Position numbers and translations under genes: made by a program. Shown here one piece after another: positions 47,241 through 56,507 of a stretch of DNA of 64,000 nucleotides (its first letter is position 1; each line of letters opens with the position of its first letter). The stretch lies in assembly GCA_013314775.1 (NCBI GenBank), contig JABUFB010000008.1, forward strand, positions 725,036 to 789,035, read 5' to 3'. The notes below the pieces were generated by a model. It was not told the origin of the DNA. It saw only the letters and a list, made by a program, of their open reading frames with translations, and searched no databases. The stretch is from Armatimonadota bacterium. Lineage in GTDB: Bacteria > Armatimonadota > Zipacnadia > Zipacnadales > JABUFB01.

Positions 47241-48182
47241 ATGTCGCGAGTGTTTGTATTGATAACGTGCGCGCTGTGCCTGGTTGTGCCTTCTTCGGCC
47301 CAGCAGAACGCTGCCGCGCGCCGGGCGCTTCTATTGACACTCAAGCCAGGGCAACTCGCGGCTGTCGAGCGGCTTTCGGCATCACTCCATGACCCCGATC
47401 CGGTGGTAGCGCGCACGGCGGCCCGTCTTCTCGGACAGTTTGGAGATGCCGCCTTGCCATCCTTGCGCAAAGCGCTGCAAAGCAACGATCTGCTGGTTCG
47501 GCGCAATGCGGTGGCGTCCCTGGGAGCTATCGGGAAGCCCGCCGTAGCCGACCTCATGCAGGCGATGAAAGATCCGCATGTGCTGATCCGGCAGGCAGCG
47601 GTGTTTGCGCTGAGCCGGGTGCGGCCCATGTCTGATGAGGTCTCGCAGGCCATCGCCCTCGCCACATCGGACGAACAGCAACTCGTGCGCGACGCGGCGC
47701 TGGATGTCCTGCGAACGCGGTTCGTCACAGTGCGCACGATTCCCCTGCCGGAGGAGGACTGGAAATTCAGGACCGACCCGGACAACCAGGGCGAGCAGGC
47801 CGGCTGGTTCGCAGCTGACCTGGACGATGCCGGCTGGCTGGACATTGGCATCGGCAAGTCGTGGGAGGAGTTCGGGCACACCTACGATGGCGTGGCGTGG
47901 TACCGCAGGACCGTGGAACTGCCCGCCATCGATCCGCCACCGGCCCGGGCGGTGCTGGCTTTCGGTGGGGTGGATGAAGACTGCTGGGTGTGGATCAACG
48001 GGAAGTCCGCCGGAGCCCATGCCATCGGCCCGATGGGTTGGGACAAGCCCTTCCGGCTGGATGTGAGCCATGCGATCAAGTGGGGCCAGGCCAACCAGAT
48101 CGCGGTGAAGGTGAATGACTCGGCCTTCGCAGGCGGCATCTGGCGGCCGGTGGAATTGCTGGCGCTGGAGGAGGCGGATTAG
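47241..48182 (+). CDS. Secreted HEAT-repeat (PBS-lyase-like) protein fused to a GH2-N-terminal-type sugar-binding jelly-roll domain
   Basis: Signal peptide MSRVFVLITCALCLVVPSSAQQ. Three to four HEAT-like repeats (DPDPVVARTAARLLGQFG, NDLLVRRNAVASLGAIG, DPHVLIRQAAVFALSRV, DEQQLVRDAALDVL). C-terminal WYRRTVELP...VLAFGGVDEDCWVWINGKSAGAH...FRLDV...NQIAVKV resembles a beta-galactosidase sugar-binding domain. GGAGG lies 10 nt before ATG 47241. Confidence 0.65.
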   Translation: MSRVFVLITCALCLVVPSSAQQNAAARRALLLTLKPGQLAAVERLSASLHDPDPVVARTAARLLGQFGDAALPSLRKALQSNDLLVRRNAVASLGAIGKPAVADLMQAMKDPHVLIRQAAVFALSRVRPMSDEVSQAIALATSDEQQLVRDAALDVLRTRFVTVRTIPLPEEDWKFRTDPDNQGEQAGWFAADLDDAGWLDIGIGKSWEEFGHTYDGVAWYRRTVELPAIDPPPARAVLAFGGVDEDCWVWINGKSAGAHAIGPMGWDKPFRLDVSHAIKWGQANQIAVKVNDSAFAGGIWRPVELLALEEAD

Positions 48183-48185
48183 CCG

Positions 48186-49790
48186 TCACGGCGCGTTCTC
48201 AGGCCGCTTGCCAATGGCTTCTGCCTCGGTTGCTGTCTTCACTTCAACCGGCCGAGCCCGCGCGCCTACCTTCACGGACAACGGGTCAAGCACCACCAGA
48301 TCATCCACAGTGAGACCCTCGAGTATCGCCGTGCCCTCATCCGTGCGCGGGCCGGGAAGCACCGGGCGCCGCCGGATGTGTCCGCCTTCAACAAGAAGCA
48401 CGTATGCCTCCTGCCCCACGCGCACGAGGCACGCTTCAGCTACCGCCGGGAGCTGCCGGTCCGCATCCACGATGATGTCGGCAAGAGCGGGCTTTCTGCC
48501 TTCCACTGCGTCGGCGCTCGCGTTCAGTTGCAGTGTAACGGTGACCACTTCCCGCTCGTCACCGGGCTCAGGCACTTCACTCACCGTGGCTTCGAAGCTC
48601 TCGTCTGGCGAACCGCGCAGCGCGACGCGTGCGGTCTGGCCGAGACGGATGCGCGCTGCATCCCTCGCCGGGACCTGCACGCGGGCGACGGGTGGTCTGG
48701 CTTCCGCGATCGTGAGCACCACTGATTCGGCGCTCACGAAGTCGCCCTCTTGCCGCAGGACCTCGGTGATAATGCCGTCGAAGGGCGACTTGACGTCAGT
48801 TGTCCGGAGGGACGCGTCGATCTGGTCGCGCAGGTTCTCGGCACGTTCCAGGCGCTCCAGGGCAGCCTTCAGGCGCTCGTCCAGGGCCTGCCGACGCTTC
48901 TCCAATATGTTCGGGGCAGGCTCAGGCCCATCTGTAGACTGCTGCTCGCGCAGGGCGGCGACATAGCGCGCTTCGGCATCCTCCAGCGCGCGCCGGGCCT
49001 TCTCGAGCTCCTCGCCCAGCTCCCTCCTCGCGCGGGACCGCAGGGCATCTGAGCGCTCCTGCGCCGCGGCCAGGCCCCGCTTCGCGGCTTCGAGCTTCCG
49101 CGTGGCACGGTCCAGATCAAGCTGAGCCTGGGCCAGGACTTCAGGTTCCTTCTTCCCCTCGGTCATCAACTGCCGGGCGTGGTCGCGCAGCTTCGTCATT
49201 CGGTCCACGTGGGCCTGCTCGATCTCCAGGCGACTGCGGGCGCTCTCAAGCTCCTTCGTCGCGTCCTTCATCTCGCGCATGGCATCCCGGGAATCCGACG
49301 CTTCCTTGGCGAGACGGGCGAACTCCTCGCGGAGGCGCCGCACCTCATTCCGGGCCTGTGCAAGTGTGTCGGTGGCTGCCAATTCCGGCGTGCTGTCGGG
49401 TTCACGCTCGATGGCTCGTCGCACCGCGTCCAGTTCAGCGCGGGCATCCTTGACCACGGCTTCAGCACGCTCCAGGTCTCGAGCGCCGCTCTGGGAACCA
49501 AGCCGCGCGATGACCTGGTTCGCGGACACTTCGCTGCCCGGTGTGACCAGCATCTGCACAATGATGCCTGGGTCGTGCAAGGTCAGCTCAACCTGCTTCG
49601 GGCCCAAGACGACGCCGTCCACAGAGAGGATTTCCGGCGCCAGGGTCATGCGCGGGCGAATGACCTCCACCGGTGCGGGACGCGCCACTGACCAGAGCGC
49701 GGCGCCTGCGGCGAGGATGCCGATAATCGCCCCGACGAGCAGCCAACGCCGGGTACGCGTGTCGTATGACGGCGGGGTCTCGGGCGTCAT
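48186..49790 (-). CDS. HlyD-family secretion / efflux periplasmic adaptor protein (membrane fusion protein) with a long coiled-coil
   Basis: N-terminal TM anchor RRWLLVGAIIGILAAGAALWSV. Long coiled-coil (REEFARLAKEASDSRDAMREMKDATKELESARSRLEIEQAH...). C-terminal beta-barrel/lipoyl-like segments. Start could instead be TTG 49931. Confidence 0.7.
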   Translation of the reverse strand: MTPETPPSYDTRTRRWLLVGAIIGILAAGAALWSVARPAPVEVIRPRMTLAPEILSVDGVVLGPKQVELTLHDPGIIVQMLVTPGSEVSANQVIARLGSQSGARDLERAEAVVKDARAELDAVRRAIEREPDSTPELAATDTLAQARNEVRRLREEFARLAKEASDSRDAMREMKDATKELESARSRLEIEQAHVDRMTKLRDHARQLMTEGKKEPEVLAQAQLDLDRATRKLEAAKRGLAAAQERSDALRSRARRELGEELEKARRALEDAEARYVAALREQQSTDGPEPAPNILEKRRQALDERLKAALERLERAENLRDQIDASLRTTDVKSPFDGIITEVLRQEGDFVSAESVVLTIAEARPPVARVQVPARDAARIRLGQTARVALRGSPDESFEATVSEVPEPGDEREVVTVTLQLNASADAVEGRKPALADIIVDADRQLPAVAEACLVRVGQEAYVLLVEGGHIRRRPVLPGPRTDEGTAILEGLTVDDLVVLDPLSVKVGARARPVEVKTATEAEAIGKRPENAP

Positions 49791-50008
49791 GGGGACTCTC
49801 GCGCGGGATGAGTGAGCGCCTGCGGACCTGTGCAGATAGTACTCCACGCGGGGAGAGACGGCAACGGAGAAGCGAAGCAGGCTGGAAACGCGCAGTACAG
49901 GGTTTGTGGGAGTGTTCTGACCCGCTGCCAAGTCTCCCCTCCGCTCAGGCGTAGTTTTGCGGCACGTTGGCTGCTTATCTTGCGGACGTTACAAGCACCA
50001 CCCGTCCG

Positions 50009-51190
50009 TCAGAACCTCGGGTTCGGCCCGACCACTTCCGGGCGTTCCTCGGCCAATTCCTTCGCCATCGCCTTCAGGCGCGCATCCGCGTGCTCGAAGA
50101 GCATCCTGTATGATTCGCAGAAGTAGCTCGGGCCGTTGATAGTGCCGAGGCCGGTGAGCCGGTGTCGCTGACAGCCACCGTGGCACTGGCCGAACCAGGG
50201 GCAGTCCTCGCACCCGCACCCTGTCCGGGCCTTGTCGAACCGAAACTGCATGAACTTCTCGGAGAGCGCGATCTCTCGCAGCGGTGTCTCCATTACATTA
50301 CCCAGACGGTATTCCGGCTCCACGAAAAAGTCGCAGGGATAGACGTCGCCGTTGTGCTCGATGAGCAGATAGTCCGCGCACGTCCGGCGCATGTCGCACG
50401 ATGGGCACTCGTGGCCGAGATAGACCATAAGCAGGTCGTCCATCATGCGCACGTAAGTTCGCGGTGCTGATTCCGCTTGCCAGCGGTCGAAAATGGTGCA
50501 CAGGAACTCGCCAAACTGTCGTGGGGTGCAGTTGTACGGACAAAGCTTCCCCGTCTCCGGATCGCGCTCGATGCACGGGATGAACTGCAGATAGCGGAAG
50601 TTGTGCTGCATATAGAAGTCGTAGATCTCGTCGGCCTTGTCGCCCGAGTATGCGGTGACCATGCACAGGATGTTGAACTCTGCGCCATTTCGGTCGAGTA
50701 TTTCGGTGCTGCGCATGACCCGGTCCCATGTAGATTCGCCGGTGGGCGTGCGGCGGTAATGGTCGTGGATGTGCTTCGGGCCGTCGAGACTCACACCGAT
50801 GAGGAAGCTATACCTTCGGAAGAACCGGGCCCACTCATCATTGATGAGCATGCCGTTGGTCTGCAGGCCGTTGGCGATGTTTTGGCCAGGCCGCGCTTTC
50901 TGAAGCTGGACAGCCACCACGCTGCGAAAGAAATCCACACCGAGAAGTGTGGGTTCACCACCTTGCCAACCGAAAGAGGGATTGTCGCCAGACATCTCCA
51001 TGTACTCACCTATGAGCCGGTGCATGACCTCGCGCGACAGCCTGTGGCCGCCGCCGGGATAAATCGCGTGTTTCGGCAAGTAGAAACAGTACTCGCAGCG
51101 CAGATTGCAGTCAGGTCCGGCGGGCTTGATGAGCAAGCTGAGACTGCGCAGGTAGGCTTCGGGGTCGGTGATGCGGATGTCTGTGTCCAT
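50009..51190 (-). CDS. Radical SAM / SPASM-domain maturase of the anaerobic sulfatase-maturating enzyme (anSME) family
   Basis: CNLRCEYCFY (CxxxCxxC) and GGEPTLLG motifs. C-terminal Cys-rich SPASM region (CPSCDMRRTCADYL...CDFF...CGCEDCPWFGQCHGGC). ATG 51190 = MDTDIRITDPEAYL.... Confidence 0.8.
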   Translation of the reverse strand: MDTDIRITDPEAYLRSLSLLIKPAGPDCNLRCEYCFYLPKHAIYPGGGHRLSREVMHRLIGEYMEMSGDNPSFGWQGGEPTLLGVDFFRSVVAVQLQKARPGQNIANGLQTNGMLINDEWARFFRRYSFLIGVSLDGPKHIHDHYRRTPTGESTWDRVMRSTEILDRNGAEFNILCMVTAYSGDKADEIYDFYMQHNFRYLQFIPCIERDPETGKLCPYNCTPRQFGEFLCTIFDRWQAESAPRTYVRMMDDLLMVYLGHECPSCDMRRTCADYLLIEHNGDVYPCDFFVEPEYRLGNVMETPLREIALSEKFMQFRFDKARTGCGCEDCPWFGQCHGGCQRHRLTGLGTINGPSYFCESYRMLFEHADARLKAMAKELAEERPEVVGPNPRF

Positions 51191-51875
51191 GAGCGCGGGT
51201 ATGCCTCGTGGGGTCCCGAAATGGGGGTGACCGCTTCCGGGCCGGTGGTTATAATATGGGCCATAATACCCACACCGGCCCCCGCGAAGCAACCGGGGGA
51301 GGGTGGTCATGTGGCAGGGGCCCCATCCGCCCATCATGGGTCACGCCGGGAGAAGCGAAACACACGGAGGGCGCTGCACTGTCGGCGTCTATGCCCTGTC
51401 GCCGCCGTGAAACCCCGGTGGGGCCGTCCGTATGCAGCCAGGGGCGGGCGCCCCTGGAATCAGGTGTACGCGACCGCAGAGACGCGAAGCCCCAGCGGGC
51501 AGACAGGAACCGCTGCTCATCTGCCGCCCCCGTTGGGGGCTGACGTCGGACTGCAACCGAGGACGGAGCGCGCGTCATCAATACGGTTGTGTTCGCGGGA
51601 GCGCTTTGCCCCGCATGAGTTGGACACACGTGTGCTCATCGTTCACCTGGAGTTCGAGGGACTCGGTGACTGACTCGGCTGACACTTGAGCCGCCCACCC
51701 CGCCCCGGAGATAACATGGCGCGAATTGGCAAGAACAGGTATGTCTATCCACAGGCACTGATCCCATCCCGGGGTCAGTGCCTGCTTCCGTATGCCTGAT
51801 CGGGGCCGTGCACGGGCCCACTTCGCGACCACACCGGCGGCTTTCCCCGCCTCAAACTCACAGGAGCAATACGTG

Positions 51876-53078
51876 ATGACCCCCGAAGCCCAACTCGAGA
51901 TCCTGGCCCGCAATTGCGTGGATTTCCACACACGCGAGGAACTGCTGGACAAGCTGAAGGAAGGCCGCCCGCTGCGCATCAAGTACGGCGCCGATCCCAG
52001 CGCGCCCGACCTGCACCTGGGTCACAGCGTGCCCTTGTGGAAACTGCGCGAATTCCAGGAGCTCGGCCACCAGATCGTGTTCATCATCGGCGACTTTACC
52101 GGGATGATCGGCGACCCCAGCGGCAAGTCCAAGACTCGCCCCATGCTCACGCGCGAACAGGTCGAGGCCAATGCGAAGACTTACGCCGAGCAGGTGGGGA
52201 AGATCCTGGATGTGAGCAAGTGCGAGATTCGCTACAACAGCGAGTGGTTCAGCAAGATGACGACGGCGGAGTTCCTGGCGGTGGCTTCGAACTACACCAT
52301 CGCGCGCATGCTGGAACGCGACGACTTCTCCCTGCGGATGCGGGACGAAGTGCCCATATCCATGCTGGAACTCATGTACCCGCTGGTGCAGGCATACGAT
52401 TCGGTGGCAGTGCAAGCGGACCTGGAAATGGGGGGAACGGACCAGCTTTTCAACTTCCTTGTGGGTCGGGACATTATGCGCGCTTACGGCCTGCCGCCTC
52501 AAGTGGTCATGACCTGGCCGCTTCTCGTGGGCACCGACGGCAAGGACAAGATGAGCAAGTCACTGGGAAACTATATCGGGATCGCCGAAAGCCCGGACGA
52601 AATGTTCGGCAAGGTCATGTCGATCCCGGACAGCGCCCTTGCCCAGTACTTCCGGCTGATCCTCAACCGCAGCAATGCGGAAATCGCGGAGATGGAAAGA
52701 GCCATCGAGGCCGGCGCGAACCCCCGGGATTTCAAGGCCGAGCTGGGTCGGCAGATCGTAGCGATCTACTACGACGCCGCTACCGGTCAGGCCGCTAGTG
52801 ACGAATTCGACCGCGTCCATGCCGAGCGCCAGCTGCCCACCGATATGCCCGAGCTGGACGTGTCGGGCGAGCTTGAGAATGGGGCGCTGTGGATCGTGAA
52901 ACTCCTGGTCATTGCCGGCTTTGCCCAGACCAACGGAGAAGCGCGGCGGCTCGTGCAGCAGGGCGGAGTCAAGATCAACGGCGAGGTCATCAACGACGAG
53001 ATGGCCCAGGTGTCACCGAAAACAGGCGACGTCCTGCAGGTAGGCAAGCGCCGGTTCGCCCGGATCCTGGTCGGTTAG
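51876..53078 (+). CDS. tyrS: Tyrosine--tRNA ligase
   Basis: HIGH-type motif (DLHLGH), KMSKS motif, C-terminal S4 domain. AGGAG RBS lies 9 nt before ATG 51876. Confidence 0.95.
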   Translation: MTPEAQLEILARNCVDFHTREELLDKLKEGRPLRIKYGADPSAPDLHLGHSVPLWKLREFQELGHQIVFIIGDFTGMIGDPSGKSKTRPMLTREQVEANAKTYAEQVGKILDVSKCEIRYNSEWFSKMTTAEFLAVASNYTIARMLERDDFSLRMRDEVPISMLELMYPLVQAYDSVAVQADLEMGGTDQLFNFLVGRDIMRAYGLPPQVVMTWPLLVGTDGKDKMSKSLGNYIGIAESPDEMFGKVMSIPDSALAQYFRLILNRSNAEIAEMERAIEAGANPRDFKAELGRQIVAIYYDAATGQAASDEFDRVHAERQLPTDMPELDVSGELENGALWIVKLLVIAGFAQTNGEARRLVQQGGVKINGEVINDEMAQVSPKTGDVLQVGKRRFARILVG

Positions 53079-53149
53079 GAGGGGATTGCGGTGCGAGCGT
53101 CGAAGGTACATTCCAGGCGCAAACAGCAGATGGTGGGAGGCGATCGGGT

Positions 53150-53446
53150 ATGTCCTCTGAGCGGGGCGGAAGCGATCTTGCGACAATTATCATAGCGGGT
53201 GCGATCGGGGCGACGGTTGGTGCGGTAGTAGCCCTGTTGCTGGCGCCGAAGTCCGGGTCCGAACTGCGGGCGGACATCGGCGACAAGGCAAGAGAATACG
53301 CCGAAAAAGCAAAGGAAACGGCTCACGAGGTCGCCGAGAAGGCCCGTGAGGCAGCGCATGAGGTCGCTGAGAGGGCCAGAGAGAAGGTCGCGGAGGTCCG
53401 GGATCAGGCTTGCCCGGAATGCGACCATGAGGAAGCGCGCGGCTAA
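53150..53446 (+). CDS. YtxH-domain (DUF948) small membrane-anchored stress protein
   Basis: Hydrophobic N-terminus LATIIIAGAIGATVGAVVALLLAPKSG followed by the charged helical tail KAREYAEKAKETAHEVAEKAREAAHEVAERAREK. GGGAGG lies 10 nt before the ATG. Confidence 0.7.
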   Translation: MSSERGGSDLATIIIAGAIGATVGAVVALLLAPKSGSELRADIGDKAREYAEKAKETAHEVAEKAREAAHEVAERAREKVAEVRDQACPECDHEEARG

Positions 53447-53506
53447 CAGTCGGCTGCAAACAAGGCTCCCGGTGGAGAGGCGCTGACCTGGCGGAACAAA
53501 GCGAAC

Positions 53507-53545
53507 AGGTGGGGCTAAGGTGAGCGCCTGTGCCCCACCTTTTCC
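53507..53545 (+). terminator. Intrinsic terminator (AGGTGGGGC ... GCCCCACCT followed by TTTTCC)
   Basis: 9-bp stem plus a T-run between convergent genes ending at 53446 (plus) and 53555 (minus). Confidence 0.6.
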
Positions 53546-53554
53546 GACCTGACC

Positions 53555-54811
53555 TCACTCCTTCAACGCATACAATTCCATCGCGTTCTGTCGCATCATC
53601 TTGTCGCATAAGTCCAGCGCGCAGTCTTCGCTGAGGAAGTCGCGCTCCACCTTGGTCGCCAGCACGTCCGCAATGCAGGCCCGCGCCATGGCAAGATGCG
53701 AGTACAGCATCTCCGGCCAGGGAACGTCCGAGCCGAACCCCAGGATGCGGTATCCCGGAACGAGGTCCAGCCACTCGTTGAGGCTCTGGCGCGTTCCCTC
53801 CATGGTCACCACGTATATCCACGCCATATTCAACCAGACATTGGGGAAGTGCTTAGCGAGCATGCCAATCTCGCGGCTGTAGGGGTATCCGGCGTGGTAC
53901 AAGCTGAACCGGGTGCCCGGGTTTGCGCGCAAGAGCGGTATCAAGTGCAACGGATCAGACTCGGGAACAAGCCCCCACGTGCTTTGCACACCGGTGTGGA
54001 TGTCGAAGACGAGGTTCATCTCCCCCGCTGTCCTCGCCAGGTAGAAGATGATGTAATCCTGAAGCTGCTTGATCTCGGACGCTGTCAAGGTCTGCCCCAC
54101 CAGGCTTCGCGAGAACAGCGCGGTGGCGGTGCGCTCGTCAACCGGTTCGGACAGGAGCGTACGCGAGTACGCGTGGGCCAGCTTGATCCCCCGGGCGCCG
54201 CGAGCCTGATACTCGGCCATGAGTTGCGCCAGGCCTTCCCTGATGTCAGCAAGCGAACCGAAGTCTCGGTCGAGATGGCTTGCCAGCCGCGCCCGTGTAT
54301 CTGCATGGTGGAGGTTCAGCGCCGACTCCATGCGCAGGATGGCAGTGAAGTATGTCGGATCCCAGTTGCCGAACCAGTCGACGTTGAGCATCTGGGTTTG
54401 CAGATTGCACAGGCCGGTGACCTGCGCGTACCAGCCCGGATCGGAGGTGGTTGCGATGATGCGCTCGTTCACCGCCTCCCAGTTGTCGTCGGTCAGCTCA
54501 GCATCCTGCAAACCGAACAGAGCCTGGTAGGTGACGAGATTGTGCCGCCAGTAGGAGATGTTCCGGCAGCGATCTACCACTCCGCGCAGTACCTGCCAGC
54601 GCTCGGCATGGGTGTCGCAGCCCTCATAAGCCTGCCCCGTGGACTTGCCCAGTGTCGCCTCGAAATCACGCACGAAGTAGCTCATGAGGCTGAACAGGTT
54701 CAGGGGAGCCACATTGGCGTAATCCTCGGGCTGCTGGGTGTGTGAATGGCAGTCTACGGTGCGGATCGACTCTAGACGGGCGAGTATCCGATCGCGGAGC
54801 TTGTCGCTCAT
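53555..54811 (-). CDS. Amidohydrolase-2 family (metal-dependent TIM-barrel hydrolase) protein
   Basis: ...VDCHSH... near the N-terminus and ...HAGYPY... / ...GSDVPW... segments typical of PF04909-type amidohydrolases. Confidence 0.6.
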   Translation of the reverse strand: MSDKLRDRILARLESIRTVDCHSHTQQPEDYANVAPLNLFSLMSYFVRDFEATLGKSTGQAYEGCDTHAERWQVLRGVVDRCRNISYWRHNLVTYQALFGLQDAELTDDNWEAVNERIIATTSDPGWYAQVTGLCNLQTQMLNVDWFGNWDPTYFTAILRMESALNLHHADTRARLASHLDRDFGSLADIREGLAQLMAEYQARGARGIKLAHAYSRTLLSEPVDERTATALFSRSLVGQTLTASEIKQLQDYIIFYLARTAGEMNLVFDIHTGVQSTWGLVPESDPLHLIPLLRANPGTRFSLYHAGYPYSREIGMLAKHFPNVWLNMAWIYVVTMEGTRQSLNEWLDLVPGYRILGFGSDVPWPEMLYSHLAMARACIADVLATKVERDFLSEDCALDLCDKMMRQNAMELYALKE

Positions 54812-54996
54812 GGCAGGTCCTCCTGCGTGAGATCATTCGCCGTGGCTGGTAAAGTATTCGACGCGCCGCGGGCGAGGCACCTTCACTTGCACTGCCAAAA
54901 CACCGGCTTGACGGACGCAGGGGAAATAGCCCCGAGCGCGGAATCCCAGACATGGTTAGTGCAGGCCCAGTCTCGAAGCGTGCGGGAGTGCAAACC

Positions 54997-56082
54997 ATGT
55001 CCGGCAAGGACACGTTCCATAGCAGAATTGGCCGCCGGCCTCGGCAGAAGTTGGGCAATCCTCCGGGCACCCTGGTGCATGTGGGTGAGAAGAAAGCGGA
55101 CCGCGTTCGCGTCAGCCTGATCGCATACGGGCCGGACGGGCTGGCGGTGGAACGCGAGGCAACGCTGTCCGACTGCCTTGAGGCGCGGGCGACCAGCGCC
55201 GTAGTGTGGGTGAACGTCCACGGCCTGCATGATGTGGAAGCCGTGCAGGCTGTGGGTGAAGCATTCGGCGTTCACCCCCTGGGTCTGGAGGACGTAGTCA
55301 ACACCCACCACCGCCCGAAAGTCGAGGATTTCGGCGACCAGATACTCCTCGTGGCGAAGCTCTTGTCCTGGGACGCCGCGGCCCAGCGTCCGATGACAGA
55401 GCAGATCAGCATCGTCCTGGGGCCCGGGTTCCTTCTGACCTTCCAGGAGAGACCAACGGGGCTCCTTGAACCGGTACGCCGGCGTATTCGAGAAGGTAGG
55501 AGCAGGATTATCTCCAGTGGTGCGGACTACCTGGCATACGCCGTGCTGGACATGGTGGTGGACCAGTATTTCCTGGTGCTCGAGGCCATCGGCGACCGCA
55601 TCGAGGAGATCGAGCAGGCGCTGTCGGGCGACGGTGGGTCCGGTGGCATACGCGATCTGCACGGACTTCGCCGGGAGCTGCTGGCGATGCGCCGCGCCAT
55701 CTGGCCGCTGCGGGACGTGGTAAGCATCCTGCGCCGCGGCGACTGCCCGCTCTTCCAAGCCGAGACCGAGGTCTTCCTGCGCGACGTCTACGACCATGTT
55801 GTCGAGGCCATCGAGACCCTGGAGGCCTTCCGCGACGTGCTCAGCAGCCTGCTCGATACCCACCTGTCGGTGGTGAGCAACCGGATGAATGAGGTGATGA
55901 AGGTGCTCACCCTCATCGCCACCTTGTTCATGCCGATTACTTTCATCGCGGGCGTTTATGGTATGAACTTCGAGTACATGCCGGGCACAAGGTGGGTCGG
56001 GGGATTTGCGGCCTGCGTCGCGGCAATGGCGGTGACGGCTCTGCTCATGCTCTGGTACTTCAAGCGACGGCGCTGGCTTTGA
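54997..56082 (+). CDS. corA: Magnesium/cobalt transporter CorA
   Basis: GMNFEYMP (GMN motif), two C-terminal TM helices, YFKRRRWL ending. GGGAG lies 10 nt before ATG 54997. Confidence 0.9.
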   Translation: MSGKDTFHSRIGRRPRQKLGNPPGTLVHVGEKKADRVRVSLIAYGPDGLAVEREATLSDCLEARATSAVVWVNVHGLHDVEAVQAVGEAFGVHPLGLEDVVNTHHRPKVEDFGDQILLVAKLLSWDAAAQRPMTEQISIVLGPGFLLTFQERPTGLLEPVRRRIREGRSRIISSGADYLAYAVLDMVVDQYFLVLEAIGDRIEEIEQALSGDGGSGGIRDLHGLRRELLAMRRAIWPLRDVVSILRRGDCPLFQAETEVFLRDVYDHVVEAIETLEAFRDVLSSLLDTHLSVVSNRMNEVMKVLTLIATLFMPITFIAGVYGMNFEYMPGTRWVGGFAACVAAMAVTALLMLWYFKRRRWL

Positions 56083-56135
56083 GTCGGGCTGCGGGGCGAA
56101 CCGCAGATTCCTGACCGTGCGGGAGGGTGCGGCCG

Positions 56136-56399
56136 ATGGATGACGACGAACTGCTGGACCGCCTGGAGCGTCTGGCGACCTCGCTGGGGTACGAAATCCG
56201 ATACGAGGCCGCGGGTGGACGCAGCGGCAAGTGCGTGCTCCAGGGGCGCAAGGTGATGATCGTGGACAGCAGCCAGAACCTGCGGGGGAAGGTGGACGCG
56301 CTGGCGGTCATGCTGGCAGCCGAGGACCTGGAATCCATCTACCTGCCCCCGGCGCTGCGGTTACTGCTGGACACCTACGCTCCCCCGCCGGAGAAGTGA
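56136..56399 (+). CDS. Hypothetical small protein (88 aa)
   Basis: GGGAGGG RBS lies 8 nt before the ATG. No recognised domain. Confidence 0.45.
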   Translation: MDDDELLDRLERLATSLGYEIRYEAAGGRSGKCVLQGRKVMIVDSSQNLRGKVDALAVMLAAEDLESIYLPPALRLLLDTYAPPPEK

Positions 56400-56507
56400 C
56401 GCGAGGGCGCAGGTCCCGGAGGAAGTCCCGGTGAAAAGTGGACGGCGCAATGCGATGCCGGCCGTGACGACCGGCCTGTACGGAAGAGGTGACGCGACGT
56501 GCGAGTC

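Noticed and set aside
51191-51875. T-box riboswitch upstream of tyrS
   Set aside because: I looked for the conserved T-box sequence (AGGGTGGNACCGCG) and a UAC specifier context. Only weak partial matches turned up (GGGTGGTCATG near 51297, far from the terminator-like hairpin). It is kept only as an unexplained structured region, not called as a T-box.
54812-54996. Mg-sensing M-box riboswitch upstream of corA
   Set aside because: There is only a loose resemblance (GGTTAGTGCAGGC) to the M-box core. The region is short, mostly accounted for by two divergent promoters, and the M-box is chiefly a Firmicutes element.
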